A stretch of DNA of 64,000 nt from Octopus vulgaris (lineage: Eukaryota), in assembly GCA_951406725.2 (NCBI GenBank), contig OX597838.1, positions 124,001 to 188,000 on the forward strand, read 5' to 3'. A program made the translations under genes and the position numbers. Shown here one piece after another: positions 1 through 63,107 of the stretch. Each line of letters opens with the position of its first letter. Position 1 is the stretch's first letter. Below the pieces are notes generated by a model, which did no database searches, was not told the origin of the DNA, and was given only the letters and a program-made list of their open reading frames with translations.

Positions 1-2993
1 AGGGAACCAGGCTCCTGGAGTTCTGCGACACCTACCGATCGGGTCGACATACCAGCCAAATTGACTACATCCTTACCAGGAAAAGGAAAAGATGGCTGCT
101 TATAAATGCTAAAACTTTCCCAGGCGAAGAATGTACCCCACAACATAGACTGGTAGTTATTGACTTTAGGATCAGGACTAAGAGGACGACCAGAAGACGA
201 CCAACATGGAGAAGAAGGATCTGGAATCTTAAAGATCCTGCAAATGGACAGAGATTTAGGAACATATTACTTGAAGCATTTGACGAAGTAGAAGGGGATA
301 GAGCATCACAGGGGGTAGAAGACAACTGGACGTTTCTAAGGGAAAACCTGCTGAGAGCCACTGACCAGATCTGTGGCTGGTGCAAAGTGGAACAATGTTG
401 TAGACGGGGCTATTAGAGAAAAGGGACAGGCTTGGAAGGACTGGAAAAATGGGGGTAGCAGGGAATTGTACCAGACTGCCAAAAGAGAAGCTAGGAGACA
501 GGTTTATTGAGCCAGAGGGGAAGCAGATAAGAAAAAAATTTGTCAATGTTCTGCGCCGTGAGGACCAAAGACTTGAGGTATTTCGCGTTGCAAGACAGTG
601 TGTGAGAGAGAATCGTGATGTGGTAGGAGAGAAATGTGTTCGCATGGATAATGGTTCACTTGCGCTAAATGAGGATGCAAAGAGAGAGAGGTGTGGAGAC
701 GCCACTATGAAAGGTTGCTGAATGAAGAAAATGATGGGATAAAGAGAGTCTGCCCGAATGTCGACCCAACAGAGGGACCAGCTATCCGAGTTGACAGTTC
801 ATTGGTAATTGAGGCAATTAGAAGCATGAAGACAGGGAAAGCCCCAGGTCCATCAGGAATTACTGCAGAGATGCTCAAAATATCTGCTAGTGTCGGCTAT
901 AGCCTAGTCACCCGTATAGTTAACCAGGTAATACACGAAGGAGTCATACCCAATGACTGGTGTAGCAGCATAATAGTCAACTGCTACAAAGGTAAAGGTG
1001 ACGCCCTAGATACAAATAATTACAGATGTATGAAGCTGTTGGATCAGGTAATGAAGGTTACGGAGAGGGTCATAGCCCAACTAATTAGAGAGAGAGTTAG
1101 TTTAGATGAGATGCAGTTTGGATTCGTGCCTGGGAAAAGCACCACTGATGCCATATTCCTGGTAAGACAGCTGCAGGAGAAATATCTAGCCAAAGATAAG
1201 CCCCTGTACCTGGCTTTCGTTGACATGGAGAAAGCTTTCGACGGGGTCCTCCGATCCCTTATCTGGTGGTCAATGAGGAAACTAGGGATAGATGAATGGT
1301 TAGTGAGAGCTGTGCAAGCCATGTACAGGGACGCTGCTTGTAAGGTGAGGGTTGGCTACGAGTATAGTGAAGAATTCCGGGTAGAGGTAGAGGTCCACCA
1401 AGGTTCAGCCCTCAGCCCCCTCCTATTTATCGTAGTCCTCCAGGCAATAACAGAGGAATTCAAGACAGGATGACCCTGGGAGCTCCTCTATGCTGATGAC
1501 CTTGCTCTAATTGCTGAGTCACAATCAGAACTGGAGGAGAAGTTCCAGGTGTGGAAGCAGGGATTAGAATCGAAGGGCCTTAAAATCAACCTAGCTAAAA
1601 CCAAAGTCCTAATAAGTCGGAAGGTAGACAAGTCACAAACGCCTTCAGGTAGATGGCCTTGCTCGATCTGTAGGAAAGGCGTAGGTAGAAACTCTATAAG
1701 ATGCACCAAGTGTAAGCTATGGACACACAAGAGGTGCAACAACGTCAAGGGAAGGCTAACTAGGAAGATAGTTTTTGTATGTGGCAGATGCTCAGGTGCA
1801 ATAAACACTGAAAATGCTCTGAGACCAACTTCCGTCACTTTCCAGGGAGAAAAACTAGAAATAGTTGATAGCTTCCGTTACTTAGGTGACCAAGTCAGTA
1901 GCGGGGGCGGGTGTGTTGAAAGTGTAACTGCTAGAGTAAGAATAGCTTGGGTAAAGTTCAGAGAGCTCTTACCTCTGCTAGGGACAAAAGGCCTCTCGCT
2001 CAGAGTAAAAGGTAGACTGTATGATGCTTGTGTACGAACAGCCATGCTACATGGTAGTGAAACATGGGCCGTGACTGCTGAGGATATGCGTAAGCTCGCA
2101 AGAAATGAAGCCAGTATGCTCTGATGGATGTGTAATGTCAGTGTTCATACTTGACAGAGTGTAAGTACCTTGAGAGAGGACCTAAGAAGCATCAGTTGCG
2201 GTGTGCAAGAGAGACGTTTGCGCTGGTATGGCCATGTGGCGAGAATAGATGAAGATAGTTGTGTGAAAAAGTGCCACACCCTAGCTGTTGAGGGAACCTG
2301 TGGAAGAGGCAGACCCAGGAAAACCGGGGATGAGGTGGTGAAGAACGACCTTCGCGCTTTAGGTCTCACCGAGGAAATGACCAGGGACCGAAACCTTTGG
2401 AAGTATGCTGTGCGTGAGAAGACGCGGCAGTACAAGTGAGACCATCACCCATGGCCTCAGTCCACTTATGCATACCTTTCCTTCTTGGGACACAAAACCC
2501 TACTTGTGAAGACCTGTTGAGGCAAGTGAAAATCAAAAAATCAAAAAATGAAAAAATGAAAAATCAAAATTGATCAACATGAATGGAAATTGTCGCTGTG
2601 ATATCAGTGCTGGTAGCACATAAGAGAACCATCCGATTGTGGCCGTTGCCAGTGCCGCCCTGACTGGCTTCCGTGCCGGTGGCACGTAAAAAGCACCATC
2701 CGATCGTGGCCGTTGCCAGCCTAACCTGGCCTCCGTGCCGGTGACACGTAAAAAGCACCATCCGACCGTGGCCGTTTGCCAGACTTGTCTGGCACCTGTG
2801 CAGGTGGCACGTAAAAAGCACCCACTACACTCATGGAGTGGTCGGCGTTAGGAAGGGCATCCAGCCGTAGAAACATTGCCAGATCAGACTGGGCCTAGTG
2901 CAGCCTTCTGGCTTCCCAGACCCCAGTTGAACCGTCCAACCCATGCCAGCATGGAAAGCGGACGCTGAACGATGATGATTATGATGATGATGA
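1..2993 (+). mobile_element. RTE-clade LINE, inactive (frameshifts and stops), with PHD-like finger and repetitive 3' UTR ending in (GAT)n
   Basis: End of APE domain (SQIDYIL, QHRLVV), GKAPGPSG, QFGFVPGKSTTDAIF, FVDMEKAFD, HQGSALSPLLF, YADD (1489-1500), RLRWYGHV, GRGRPRK. In-frame TGA at 1471 and 2122. Confidence 0.92.
2628..2823 (+). repeat. About 3 tandem ~65-bp units in the RTE 3' region
   Basis: Repeated accatccga..gtggccgttgccag....ccgtgccggtggcacgtaaaaagc. Confidence 0.8.
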
Positions 2994-3058
2994 TATATAT
3001 ATATATATACATGTATATATATATATATACATGTATATATATACATATATATATATAC

Positions 3059-3090
<32 letters not shown>

Positions 3091-3285
3091 ATATGTATAC
3101 GTATATGTATATATATATGTACTTTGATACTTTGATACTTTGATAGGTTTCGGCCATTATTGGCCCAGGTCATGTCTAACTTAATAGCACCACCTGGTGA
3201 AGTCTTTCAAGTCAGAATTTGGGCACTATGGCCCACTCAAGTAGAGAGTTATTGTTTACAGAGACATATCCGGGTGTAGAGGGTT

Positions 3286-5110
<1,825 letters not shown>

Positions 5111-5112
<2 letters not shown>

Positions 5113-5875
5113 TAGCAGCATAGCCCGGCGTTGCTCGGGTATGTAAGAGCCCCTAGTAGGCAACGACTAATCCCAATCTAGTCCTTTCCCTCTAGGGAAC
5201 GAAGGCGCATGTGTAGGTTGCAATGTCTTCTCTTCACTCCCAAATAACTATCAAACAGCTATCGATAATTCAACCCAACCAATTCCTACCAGGAAGAAAT
5301 TACATTCGAGACTTTACCCCCATCACCGCCACTTCTGCTAATAGCTGCTGCAGCCGCAAGTTATTCGAATACTTTTTTTGTTTACACTTTCTTTATAACT
5401 ACCACCCCAAACGTTTTACCTTAAATTTTTGACCTACCCTAAGGGTCCTCGGACGCTACTTGTAAACTCTTGTGTTATTATAAACCGCTTTTGTCGTGTG
5501 CATCAAAAAACCTTTTCCATTCGTTTGTTCTGTTTGGTCACTTTTGACTTTTTCGTTGTTGTCACTCACATTGCTGCCCGCTTTTTTGCCGTTTTTGTAC
5601 ATTTTTATACATTTTGGGAGAGTTAAAAAGATCGAGTTGCGTCCCCAAGACAGTCTGTAGAAAATGTGTTGCATATAAAAAGCTTAGATTCTCGACCCAT
5701 GTCGAATTTATCGATTTTTTTTCAGAACTGGGAGAACTTTTCAAAATGTTCGCTGCGTTAGTTTTGAATTATGACATTGGGCTACGTGTGTGTCAAGTTT
5801 CATCAGAATCGGTTGAAAGCCGTGGTCAGGTTGAGGGTACAACCTGACAGACACACAGACAGACAAACTGCCGTT

Positions 5876-5876
<1 letters not shown>
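5111..5876 (+). mobile_element. Non-autonomous Helitron/Helentron-like element (Lep1/HINE-like ends)
   Basis: Starts actagcagcatagcccggcgttgctcgggt (terminal hairpin); ends aagtttcatcagaatcgg...gacagacacacagacagac; inserted in (TA)n. Confidence 0.5.
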
Positions 5877-5911
<35 letters not shown>

Positions 5912-6366
5912 TCTCTTATGATAAAAGGCAGATTTTATCTGCCTCCCAAACCGTTTGTTTTTTATACAATTCTACAATATAGAATTTCTTCAATTGGAAT
6001 TTACCTATCATTTTTACAAGTAGGTTTCTTCGGGTCGTGGCATGTAAAGTTTTTTTTAATTTCACCCCCAATTAAGCAAAAATTCCAGAAAAGTATATAT
6101 TTTACCATTTCCCTCTTTCATTTAAAGTGCTTCACTCCTACAATTACCACCTCACTTTCTGCTACTTTCTCTTTGCAAGTGTGCAACGATTAAAGTGAAA
6201 CTATTTATATAACAGGGATGAACTGCTTCACTCATGCTATCACCCTAATTTCTCCTACTTTCTCTTTGCAAGTGTACCTTAAACCACTACTCTTTTCGCT
6301 AATGTCAATACATCCTATTGTAACCGCCTCGCTGGTTATAGGTGAGGCGGCAAAGAAGTCCACTGG
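5912..6366 (+). mobile_element. Non-autonomous Helitron
   Basis: 5' A|TC end; 3' hairpin ccgcctcgc-N9-gtgaggcgg then CTGG|T; two internal ~55-bp direct repeats (6125-6276). Confidence 0.55.
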
Positions 6367-6399
6367 TTCGTTCACTTGTCTGTGTTCCAACGGGGTGGT

Positions 6400-7205
6400 A
6401 AAGGTACTTTTCACTGGTCATTCAGCATCTCACTGATCATAGTTGGACTGTCTGTGAGGGAGCCATCCTTTTGGAGGAGGGGTCCTATCTTGTAGTGTAC
6501 TGAGACTGTTTCTTTCGCGTAATGAAAGAAGGCCTTTGGGTTTGATTTAATGTTTTTTATAACCCAGGCTTCTTTGTCTGCTTTCTCCTTCACATAGGAT
6601 TGTTGCAGCCTTTTTTCGATCTCCATCAGTGTTGTTTTTAGGCGGGAAGTTTCGCTACTTTTGGGATGTTAGCTGAGACGATTTGCAACCTTCGTCCGTC
6701 GTCACATGAGGATCTTCCTGTCTCTTGGAATCTTGCTTCTATTTGTTTTGGCCTTGTGCTCTGGAACATATTTCTGGCATACGGCTTGCACAGAAGACAT
6801 GAAACATTCTAGTTTCATGTCAATGTCTGGTGTGGAGAGATATTCCAGCCAGTCCTCTCTGAGGATCTCTTTTTGGATCGATTTCCAATCTGCTTTGTGG
6901 AAGTTCAGATTGGAGAGATTTCGGGTGCTTCTTTAGGCTGTATGTCTCTGGTTACTTTTGGCCCAAACATAGATAGTTCTATTATGTTGTGATCCGAAAC
7001 TAGTGTCGGTGTCACTTACACATCATGAATGATGTCCATATTGTTCGTGAAACAGAGATCCAGAATGTTATTCGCCCTAGTTGGTTTGAGTACAACTTGC
7101 TCTATGAATAAGGCGTTGGTGAGGTTGAGCAGGGACCACACCTGTACTTGCTTGCAATGATTCATTCCTGAGAGTATGATACCTGCGGGCCATTTGACGT
7201 TGGGG
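6400..7205 (-). mobile_element. CR1-like LINE fragment (APE C-terminus and tether)
   Basis: Minus-strand translation gives PTRANNILDLCFTN, SDHNIIELS, IKNIKSNPKAFFHYAK. Confidence 0.8.
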
Positions 7206-7323
7206 AAGTATATATATATATAATTGTGTATGTATATAAACGTGCGTATGAATTAGTATGAGTATGCAAATATTCATGTACGCTGTTATATATGTGTGTG
7301 CTTGTGTAGTATGTATGTATGCA

Positions 7324-7401
<78 letters not shown>

Positions 7402-7436
7402 ATTACATAGAGGTACTAAAATTAAATTTTACTTAC

Positions 7437-54677
<47,241 letters not shown>

Positions 54678-55349
54678 CCTGAAATATTTATCACGTTTTG
54701 GGCCAAATTATATTTTCGATAATCCGTTAAATAACTATTCTCGGCGTTATATATAAATACTAACACTCTACTTCTGAACTGAACACTCAGTTCCTCAGTT
54801 CATATATATATTCAGATATGTATGCGTGGAATGTATATATATTTGCATATGACTGTGTATTTATGTATATATGATGGTAGTGGTAGAACTCAAGTCACCA
54901 GAGATTTAAAATATCCAAATATTCAGCGAATCGATGTCAATCCAGGGAAAATAAAATAACCTTTAATTATATGTTATATATGATATTTAAATATATTCAA
55001 ACATGTACTATATTATATATGTATATATATATCGCAAGTGTATAAACATATATGCGCTTATGTATGTATTACATGTGCGCGCGTGTGTGTGTGTATAGAC
55101 AGATAGATTGACGCAAGTGATATGTCGCCTCTCTCTTTACACTCGCGATCTCTGCGCGTGATCTTCTATAAATATATGTAAACGTGTGTATATTTGATGT
55201 TTTTTTGTTTCTTTTGTGAGTGTTTGTGTTAATGGTTTGTTTCTTAATTTTACATCACTTGGAGTTAGTTAATGAACTTTTAATTAGTTTAACTAACATG
55301 GATGCAGTTGTTTAGGAAACAGAGACATAACTCAACTGCCCCAAGTCAG

Positions 55350-55393
55350 GCGAATGAATAGAGAGGAGCCTCTCCACTAAAATTATTTATATC
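55350..55393 (-). promoter_or_regulatory. Candidate TATA box and initiator for the distal SLC6 promoter
   Basis: TATAAATA (55384-55391, minus strand) followed about 32-36 nt later by CTATTCATTC, an Inr-like sequence. It lies about 700 nt upstream of the 12-codon exon. Short motifs in AT-rich DNA are weak evidence. Confidence 0.3.
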
Positions 55394-55547
55394 CACCAGA
55401 TTGTCAACACAATTACAACCTGTAATTTTCCGATGACCCCCCCCCCACACACACACACTCCCTCTTAACTTTTCTTCAGTAATATCTCAGAGACGACTAA
55501 GACGACGGCGACAAAAAAAGGAGGAGGGGGTGGCGGCGGCGGCGGAG

Positions 55548-55636
55548 GAGAAGAAGAAGAAGAAGAAGAAGAAGAAGAAGAAGAAGAAGAAGAAGAAGAA
55601 GAAGAAGAAGAAGAAGAAGAAGAAGAAGAAGAAGAA
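55548..55636. repeat. (GAA)n microsatellite
   Basis: Direct reading. Confidence 0.95.
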
Positions 55637-56084
55637 ATCAAGTACAAATGAAATGCATGAAAAATGTGTGCACCCAACCCAACATTTTTCACCTAATACT
55701 TCCCAAAACATACTCAGATACATACATCACAAACACACACACACACATCTACACAATAAAACAAACACAATCTCTGATTCTCTCACTCACACGCACACAA
55801 ATACACACAACTCTCAGCTGACGGTGAGAGTTGTTACTATTGTTTGGTTTTTATTTTCTTTTGAAATAATAACATATGGTCAAAGAATACAAAGACGACG
55901 ATGACGACGACCAGGCTGGCAAAGTGTGGCCATGGAAAACGATGCAGAAATGCTTGAGGAGAATTAGCAGGGAGTGACCCTGATCCTATCGACATCTCCA
56001 TCGACTCGCTTTTGGTGGTAGCTACATGTAAGGTGATACATGACACAAGTATATACACATACATGCATATCCTCGTGCGTGTGT

Positions 56085-56394
<310 letters not shown>

Positions 56395-56730
56395 TGAAGC
56401 ACATGACTTAGTGATAAGAGTGTCGGGCTCACAATCCTCAGGTAGTAAGTTCGATTCCTGGACCGGGCTGTGTGTTGTGTTCTTGAGCAAGACACTTTAT
56501 TTCACGTTGCTCCAGTTCACTTATCTGTAGAAATGAGTTGTGACGTCACTGGTGCCAAGCTGTATCGACCCCTTTGCCTTTCCCTTCGATAACATCAGTG
56601 GCGTGGGGTGTGGAAGGTAATATGCATGTGCGACTGCTGGTCTTCCATAAACGGCCTTGTCCGGACTTGAGCCTCGGGGGGTAATTTTCTAGGTACAATC
56701 CCATGATCATTCATGACCGAAGGGGGTCTT
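56395..56730 (+). mobile_element. tRNA-derived SINE, family C
   Basis: A-box-like tgacttagtga, B box aagttcgattcc, then cttgagcaagacacttta..ccagttcact central domain. A partial minus-strand relative lies at about 58715-58817. Confidence 0.75.
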
Positions 56731-56877
56731 CGTGGTAAGTAGCTTGCTTTCCAACCACATGATTCCGGGTTCAGTCCGACTTCGTGAAACCTTGGGCAAG
56801 TGTCTTCTACTATAGCCTCGGGCCGACCAAAGCCTTGTGAGTGGATCTGGTACACGGAAACTGAAAGAAGCCCGTCG

Positions 56878-56947
<70 letters not shown>

Positions 56948-57178
56948 TATACATATGTATGTGTGTATATGTTTGTGTGTCTGTGTTGTCCCCCAACATC
57001 GCTTGACAACCGATGCTGGTGTGTTTACGTCCCCGTAACTTAGCGGTTCGGCAAAAGAGACCGTTAGAATAAGTACTAGGCTTACAAAGAATAAGTCCTG
57101 GGATCGATTTGCTCGACTAAAGGCGGTGCTCATGCATGGCCGCAGTCAAATGACTGAAACAAGTAAGAGTAAAAGAGT
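56731..57178 (+). mobile_element. Family A SINE, slightly 5'-truncated, with internal (TA)n
   Basis: Colinear with 59563-59963. Confidence 0.9.
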
Positions 57179-57735
57179 ATATATATATATATATGACATT
57201 CTTTCTCTCTCGTCGTCCACTATAATCCAGCGTTTGCAATACTTTTTTCGTCTGGCGTAAACAGCCCTTCTTATCTTGTTCTCCTTGTCCTGTCTCTCAC
57301 TGTTATATTTTTATTTTTCCACTGTTTATATATATTTTTTTACTGTTTATATGTTTGTACTGTCGTTACCGTCTTGCTTTTTTTACCAATTTTTTTTTAC
57401 CATTTTTTACCCCTCTGCGAAAAGATCTCAGAATTTTAATTGATTTGCTTTTCGCAGGAAGGAAGTTTCTTCGAAGATACGTCTCGCTTTTATCCTTCGA
57501 AACGTAGAGTAGATGAAACCTTAGCGACTGAAGAAGGGGATTTTTCGTTGTGCTTATTGTCCTGTATCCCATTTTTTTTTGCTTGTCCTGTTCCTTGGTT
57601 TGTGTCTATGTTTTTCGTCTCTCTATGTGTTCGACGTCTTTTTGGTGTCCTGTACACATATATGCGTGTATATGTACATGTAGAGGTAGGTACGTACATA
57701 TATGTTTATATATATGCATATGTTCTATTTTATTA

Positions 57736-57766
<31 letters not shown>

Positions 57767-57976
57767 CAAAAATTAAAAGTAACAAAACAAAAGACAAAAG
57801 GACGTGTGTGTGTCTATACGCCCAACTGCATGCATATTATGTGCGCGTTCATGCAGTGTCAAGTTAACATGAATACTGTAAATAAATATCTTATATTTTA
57901 TATTGTTATAGTTTCGTTTTTATGTATTTATATGTTGTCCACCGTTCTGTAGTATTTATATTTTGATATATTTACA

Positions 57977-58038
<62 letters not shown>

Positions 58039-58039
58039 C

Positions 58040-58083
<44 letters not shown>

Positions 58084-58144
58084 TGTGTGTGTGTGTGTAT
58101 ACATATATATATACATATATATGTATACATATATATATATATGC

Positions 58145-58221
<77 letters not shown>

Positions 58222-59239
58222 CATAGACGCGCGCATACAAACCTACCCACCCAAACACACACAGACATACACATATTTCTATTGGCAATATGACCTTCCC
58301 GAGATACATTAAAATATATTTCAATATACGAGCTCACATCAAGAATCTTAGAAACTAAACAGAAAAACGAAATATTCAAGAGACACAATTTCGAATTAAT
58401 CGACAGCTGTTCCACAAATACGAACAACATAAGACACATGTCCAAATATCATAGTATGAGGGCATGCGCTGTAACAGAGCATGTATACGTCCACCATTTG
58501 TTGGGGATTCCCTACTATTGTTGGCGGGTGATACTTCTGCACTACACAGGCGGCAACCTTCCAACCCATGTATCTGTTTGGGTAGTCGTTATCTGGTGAG
58601 GATTTTGCGAGGTCGAAGTGCAAATTCTACCCCCAATCTCTTTTAGGTGCCTTTTACGACATGCAGGGGAAACTGGATCTATTTTTTGGCTTGCCGGTCC
58701 CCACACAGCACTGGAGCAAGGTTAAATGAAGTGTTTTGCTCAAGAACACAACATACCGCCCGGTCCAGGAATCGAACTCACGATTGTGAGTTCAACACCC
58801 TAACCACTAGGCCACGCAAATGCAGGACTACTAAATATATCTTTTAACTCAGAATCCATCATTATGAAGCAGTTATCTCATATCATAACTCAATGTCGCA
58901 TGCAAACGTTACATTAAGATATCTCTGCCCTTTTACAATTAACAAGGCTCTGGGTTACTAACCGAACAAAAGTGTCAACTACAATGTTGTTTTGTTTTTT
59001 CTTAGTTTGAGGTGGGTTGATTTAGTTTTCCATCATTCATTCTGGAAGAGTTTTGACGATTACATGTAGGAAGGTTGAAAGACAGGAAACCTCGATAGAA
59101 AATATGTGGTTTGTCTGTATGTGTGTGTGTGTGTGGTGAGTACATACAACTATGTTAGGTACTCTTTAGATTCACCATAGTTGTAGAAATAACAAGTTTT
59201 CAACTGTTGAACATGCGTACACGTGACATTTGAGGCTAT

Positions 59240-59303
<64 letters not shown>

Positions 59304-59497
59304 GTGTGTATGTGTATGTGAATGTGTACGCATGGGTGTGTGTGCGGATGTCTGTGGGTGGTGGTGGATCTCCTTCGTCTGACGACGATGATTCACTTAT
59401 GCGATTAACTGAATTAATTACTCCTCAATTAAATTGCATAGCATTGCATAGACACGTTCATCCGAATATGTAAAATATACATACGTAATATGAGTGT

Positions 59498-59533
<36 letters not shown>

Positions 59534-59562
59534 ATATATATATATATATATATATACACATA

Positions 59563-59963
59563 GGCGCAGGAGTGGCTGTGTGGTAAGTAGCTTGCTAACC
59601 AACCACATGGTTCCGGGTTCAGTCCCACTGCGTGGCATCTTGGGCAAGTGTCTTCTGCTATAGCCCCGGGCCGATCAATGCCTTGTGAGTGGATTTGGTA
59701 GACGGAAACTGAAAGAAGCCTGTCGTATATATGTACATATGTGTATATGTATATGTGTATGTGTGTGTGTTTGTGTGTCTGTGTTTGTCCCCCTAGCATT
59801 GCTTGACAACCGATGCCTAGCGGTTCGGCAAAAGAGACCGATAGAATAAGTACTGGGCTTACAAAAGAATAAGTCCCGGGGTCGATTTGCTCGACTAAAG
59901 GCGGTGCTCCAGCATGGCCGCAGTCAAATGACTGAAACAAGTAAAAGAGTAAAGAGTAAAGAG
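59563..59963 (+). mobile_element. Family A tRNA-derived SINE, full length
   Basis: Head ggcgcaggagtggctgtgtggtaag, ggttcagtccc box, internal microsatellite, tail ggcggtgctccagcatggccgcagtcaaatgactgaaac followed by (aaagagt)n. Confidence 0.92.
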
Positions 59964-60549
59964 TATATATATACACACACACACATGTTTGTCTCTCCCC
60001 CCAAATGCCTTAATTGTTTCATTTAACGCTCTCCTTTAATCCTCTCACCATTGATTATCATACTTATCCCTACGTTTCATAGAATGGCTGAAAAACTTTT
60101 CGCAGCATGAAACCTTAAACTCAGCGGCCAATGGCGCCATTTTGTAGTGGCTGTTCGGTATTCAGCCAAAGGGAGTTCGCCACTTCGATAATTATCACAG
60201 GGCTCATCTGTGACAGAACACACATAACCGACCCTTATGGATCGTTGTTCTTGAACAGGATCGCTCCTCCCAGTCTTCTATATTTCATCGCTATGACAAA
60301 AACTTCAACACAATAAATCAAAATGTAATCTCACTTATTTGATTTCAGTACCTTGCTGTTTATTGCCAATGAATTTATGGGTTGATCCTAATGACTCACT
60401 GATATATTGTATACTGTATTGTGCGCACGCACACACACACAGGTACACGCATCGATACATTCGCGCGCGCGCGAAAACACACAAAGTCTACATATAATAT
60501 TGTGTCGTATGTATTAAATCAATGATTCATTCTCTAAATGTGTGTGCTT

Positions 60550-60602
<53 letters not shown>

Positions 60603-60648
60603 TGTGTGTGTGTGTCTGTATGTGTGTCTGTATGTGTGTGTAATATAC

Positions 60649-61325
60649 TACGAGGAGCCAAAAATTAATCAGATTTTCTCCAAAACCTTTCGTTTGGTCG
60701 CATTGCCTTCAGCTCTCGCGTCCTGAAGGGTCGTACCTTTATGGTTACACAACCGAGGTTTGACCTTAATCGCTCTAGTTTTCTTTCTTGTGTTACAAAG
60801 TTAACGTAGCGGCTTCGCTGGCAGTGTACACCAAGGAAGAACAGAGATCAGTGGTTCTAATCTCTGATCTGAAGATGCGTCAGGGGTTGAAGTCCAACGC
60901 AGGCTCTCAGCCTAATATGAGGACAGTACTCTACCGCGTTGTAACGTGCCTCTGTGAATCGTAAGCTTTGAAAGTAGCCGAACACGCGTGAAACACGAAA
61001 AGGGAGCAATACGTCTATCGACCTCCACCACTAACGTGATGATTCGACAAGATTGAGAGATGGTTCTTGCGAAGCGACGAGTGACCGTCAATGGGGTAGC
61101 ATGTTCTCTGTAAATTAGTCATGGTGCTGCATACGAAATCATCTGCAAGCTTCGCTTCCATAAAGTCTGTGCGAGATGTGTGGCAAGGGAGCTTACAGCT
61201 CTTAAACGCAATAATGTGGAGATCTGTCAACACTTACTCGATCGCTACAGTGATGAAGGCAAAGCTGTTTTGGAGAGAATAGTCACAGGAGATGAGACCC
61301 AGGTCCATGACTTTGAGCCAGAATA
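60649..61325 (+). mobile_element. mariner relic (5' end to first catalytic Asp)
   Basis: TA|CGAGG start, TKEEQRSV, FHKVCARCVAREL (WVPxxL motif), ERIVTGDETQVHDFEPE. Confidence 0.85.
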
Positions 61326-61905
61326 CTGCTTAGAGGTACTTTTAGAGCTCAGTGATTGCAAAATGAATTATTAAAATAATTTTCTACGGTGACAGGTATT
61401 TAGGTATCTAAGTAACCGGGGGTAAGACAGATAGATGCGATAGATAGATGAGAAAGTAGTGGGCAGGGACAGATAGGTGTGGGTATGAAGGTAAGTAGAA
61501 GGGAAATATAGATAAATAGGAGTGTAGGGAATATGTAGATAAACAAGAAATTTGGTAGGCCATTGCTTGCGGTCATCTAGGTTAGTCACAATTCATTTTA
61601 TCTAAGCTTTAAGCCATCAATGTATATATGTAATTTTTCTTCTTTTTTAAAAAGCACTTTTTATATGGTAATAAATGTTTCATTTCACTTCCTGTGCAGG
61701 GGTTTTCTGGTGTAATGATCAATTTACGTTGAAGAGCATTAGTAGTTGTAGAGGTGCAGACATATAACAGTATTTGGTGTAGCTATGGTGGAGCATGCAT
61801 TGGTATGATGATAGCTACAGTGTGTTGATGATCGTTATAACCACAGATTGTTGATTCCGACATGTATTCTGAAGAAAGTTGTTAAGGATTGGTAGAAGAG
61901 ACAAA

Positions 61906-62253
61906 TAAGTGTTCGGGAGACTAGTGTAAGTGTTCGGGCCACTCGAGTAAGTGTTCGGGCGACAAGAGTAAGTGTTCGGGAGACTAGAGTAAGTGTTCGG
62001 GCCACTCGAGTAAGTGTTCGGGCGACAAGAGTAAGTGTTCGGGAGACTAGAGTAAGTGTTCGGGCCACTCGAGTAAGTGTTCGGGCGACAAGAGTAAGTG
62101 TTCGGGAGACTAGAGTAAGTGTTCGGGCCACTCGAGTAAGTGTTCGGGCGACAAGAGTAAGTGTTCGAGAGACTAGTGTAAGTGTTCGGGCCACTCGAGT
62201 AAGTGTTCGGGCGACAAGAGTAAGTGTTCGGGAGACTAGAGTAAGTGTTCGGG
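61906..62253. repeat. 21-bp minisatellite with 63-bp higher-order repeat
   Basis: taagtgttcggg followed by agactagag, ccactcgag or cgacaagag in strict ABC order; 5 trimers, one more A and a partial unit. Confidence 0.97.
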
Positions 62254-63107
62254 CGAGCAAATGCAATCATTGTCTCTTGTTTTCTAGCCCTGTAAAATCA
62301 CCATCTGACTTTATTAAGGAAGCATATTGCTAGTTAGTTGATCGACAACTCACAGGAAGGAAAAGGAAAATGTTGTCGGTGATTTCAGTTCAGAAAAGCG
62401 AGACACCAACCTACATCTGCCGCAGAATCTCTTTTAACATTCTAGGCTTTTCTTCTCCAAGATCACTTTCAGAAGGGATTGGGACTGGGGAATTCAAAGC
62501 CATACTTTTCAGTTATTCATACGAATAACTATGTCGCAGAAAAACTCTTCTTGAAATAAGAATGTGTTAACATCCTGCATTCAATCAATAATATTAACAT
62601 AGCCTGTGAACTTCTCATGAAAATGTATCTTCAACATTACAAGCAATGCTCCATCATGGCCTTGACTGCACTGGTTAAACCAAGCTATAATCGTAAAGAA
62701 CAACTTTTAAGAACCACTCATATATCATATGGTAGACCCCTAAGAGGCTTTATGTGATGACTCCACCGACTAGAAATAGTAACCAGATCTACCTCAAATT
62801 ACTGTCTTAGAAAAGAAAGGATACATCATATAATGCGGTATTAGACATTTGAAGGAAAAATATACAAAAATAGAATCGTCCTAGATTGAATATGCTTGAA
62901 TTTGTTCAATTAAAGATGAGTTGAGTTTAAACAACTGCTACACCTATATCAGGGATCGACAAAACTTCTTACACCATTTGCTCCGTCATGAAATCCTTGA
63001 AAATTTATTTACCTGTATTATGTAAATTTGTAAAATAAAATTATAACGTATGACTAATGAAATATAATGTCTCAAATCTTTTTGGTCATTTCCACTTATT
63101 AATAAAT

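Noticed and set aside
1471-1473. In-frame TGA in the RTE as programmed readthrough or selenocysteine
   Set aside because: The element has other stops and frameshifts, so simple decay explains it.
57450-57545. Possible hammerhead (CTGAAGA and GAAACGTA) in a Penelope-like tail
   Set aside because: I could not assemble consistent stems around the boxes by eye.
61906-62253. CRISPR-like look (constant repeat plus variable spacer)
   Set aside because: The variable parts are only 9 nt and recur cyclically, the unit is 21 bp, there are no cas genes, and the context is eukaryotic. It is a minisatellite.
61815-62270. PNTYSS / RTLTLV repeat proteins
   Set aside because: They are translations of the 21-bp minisatellite, with no splice or homology support.
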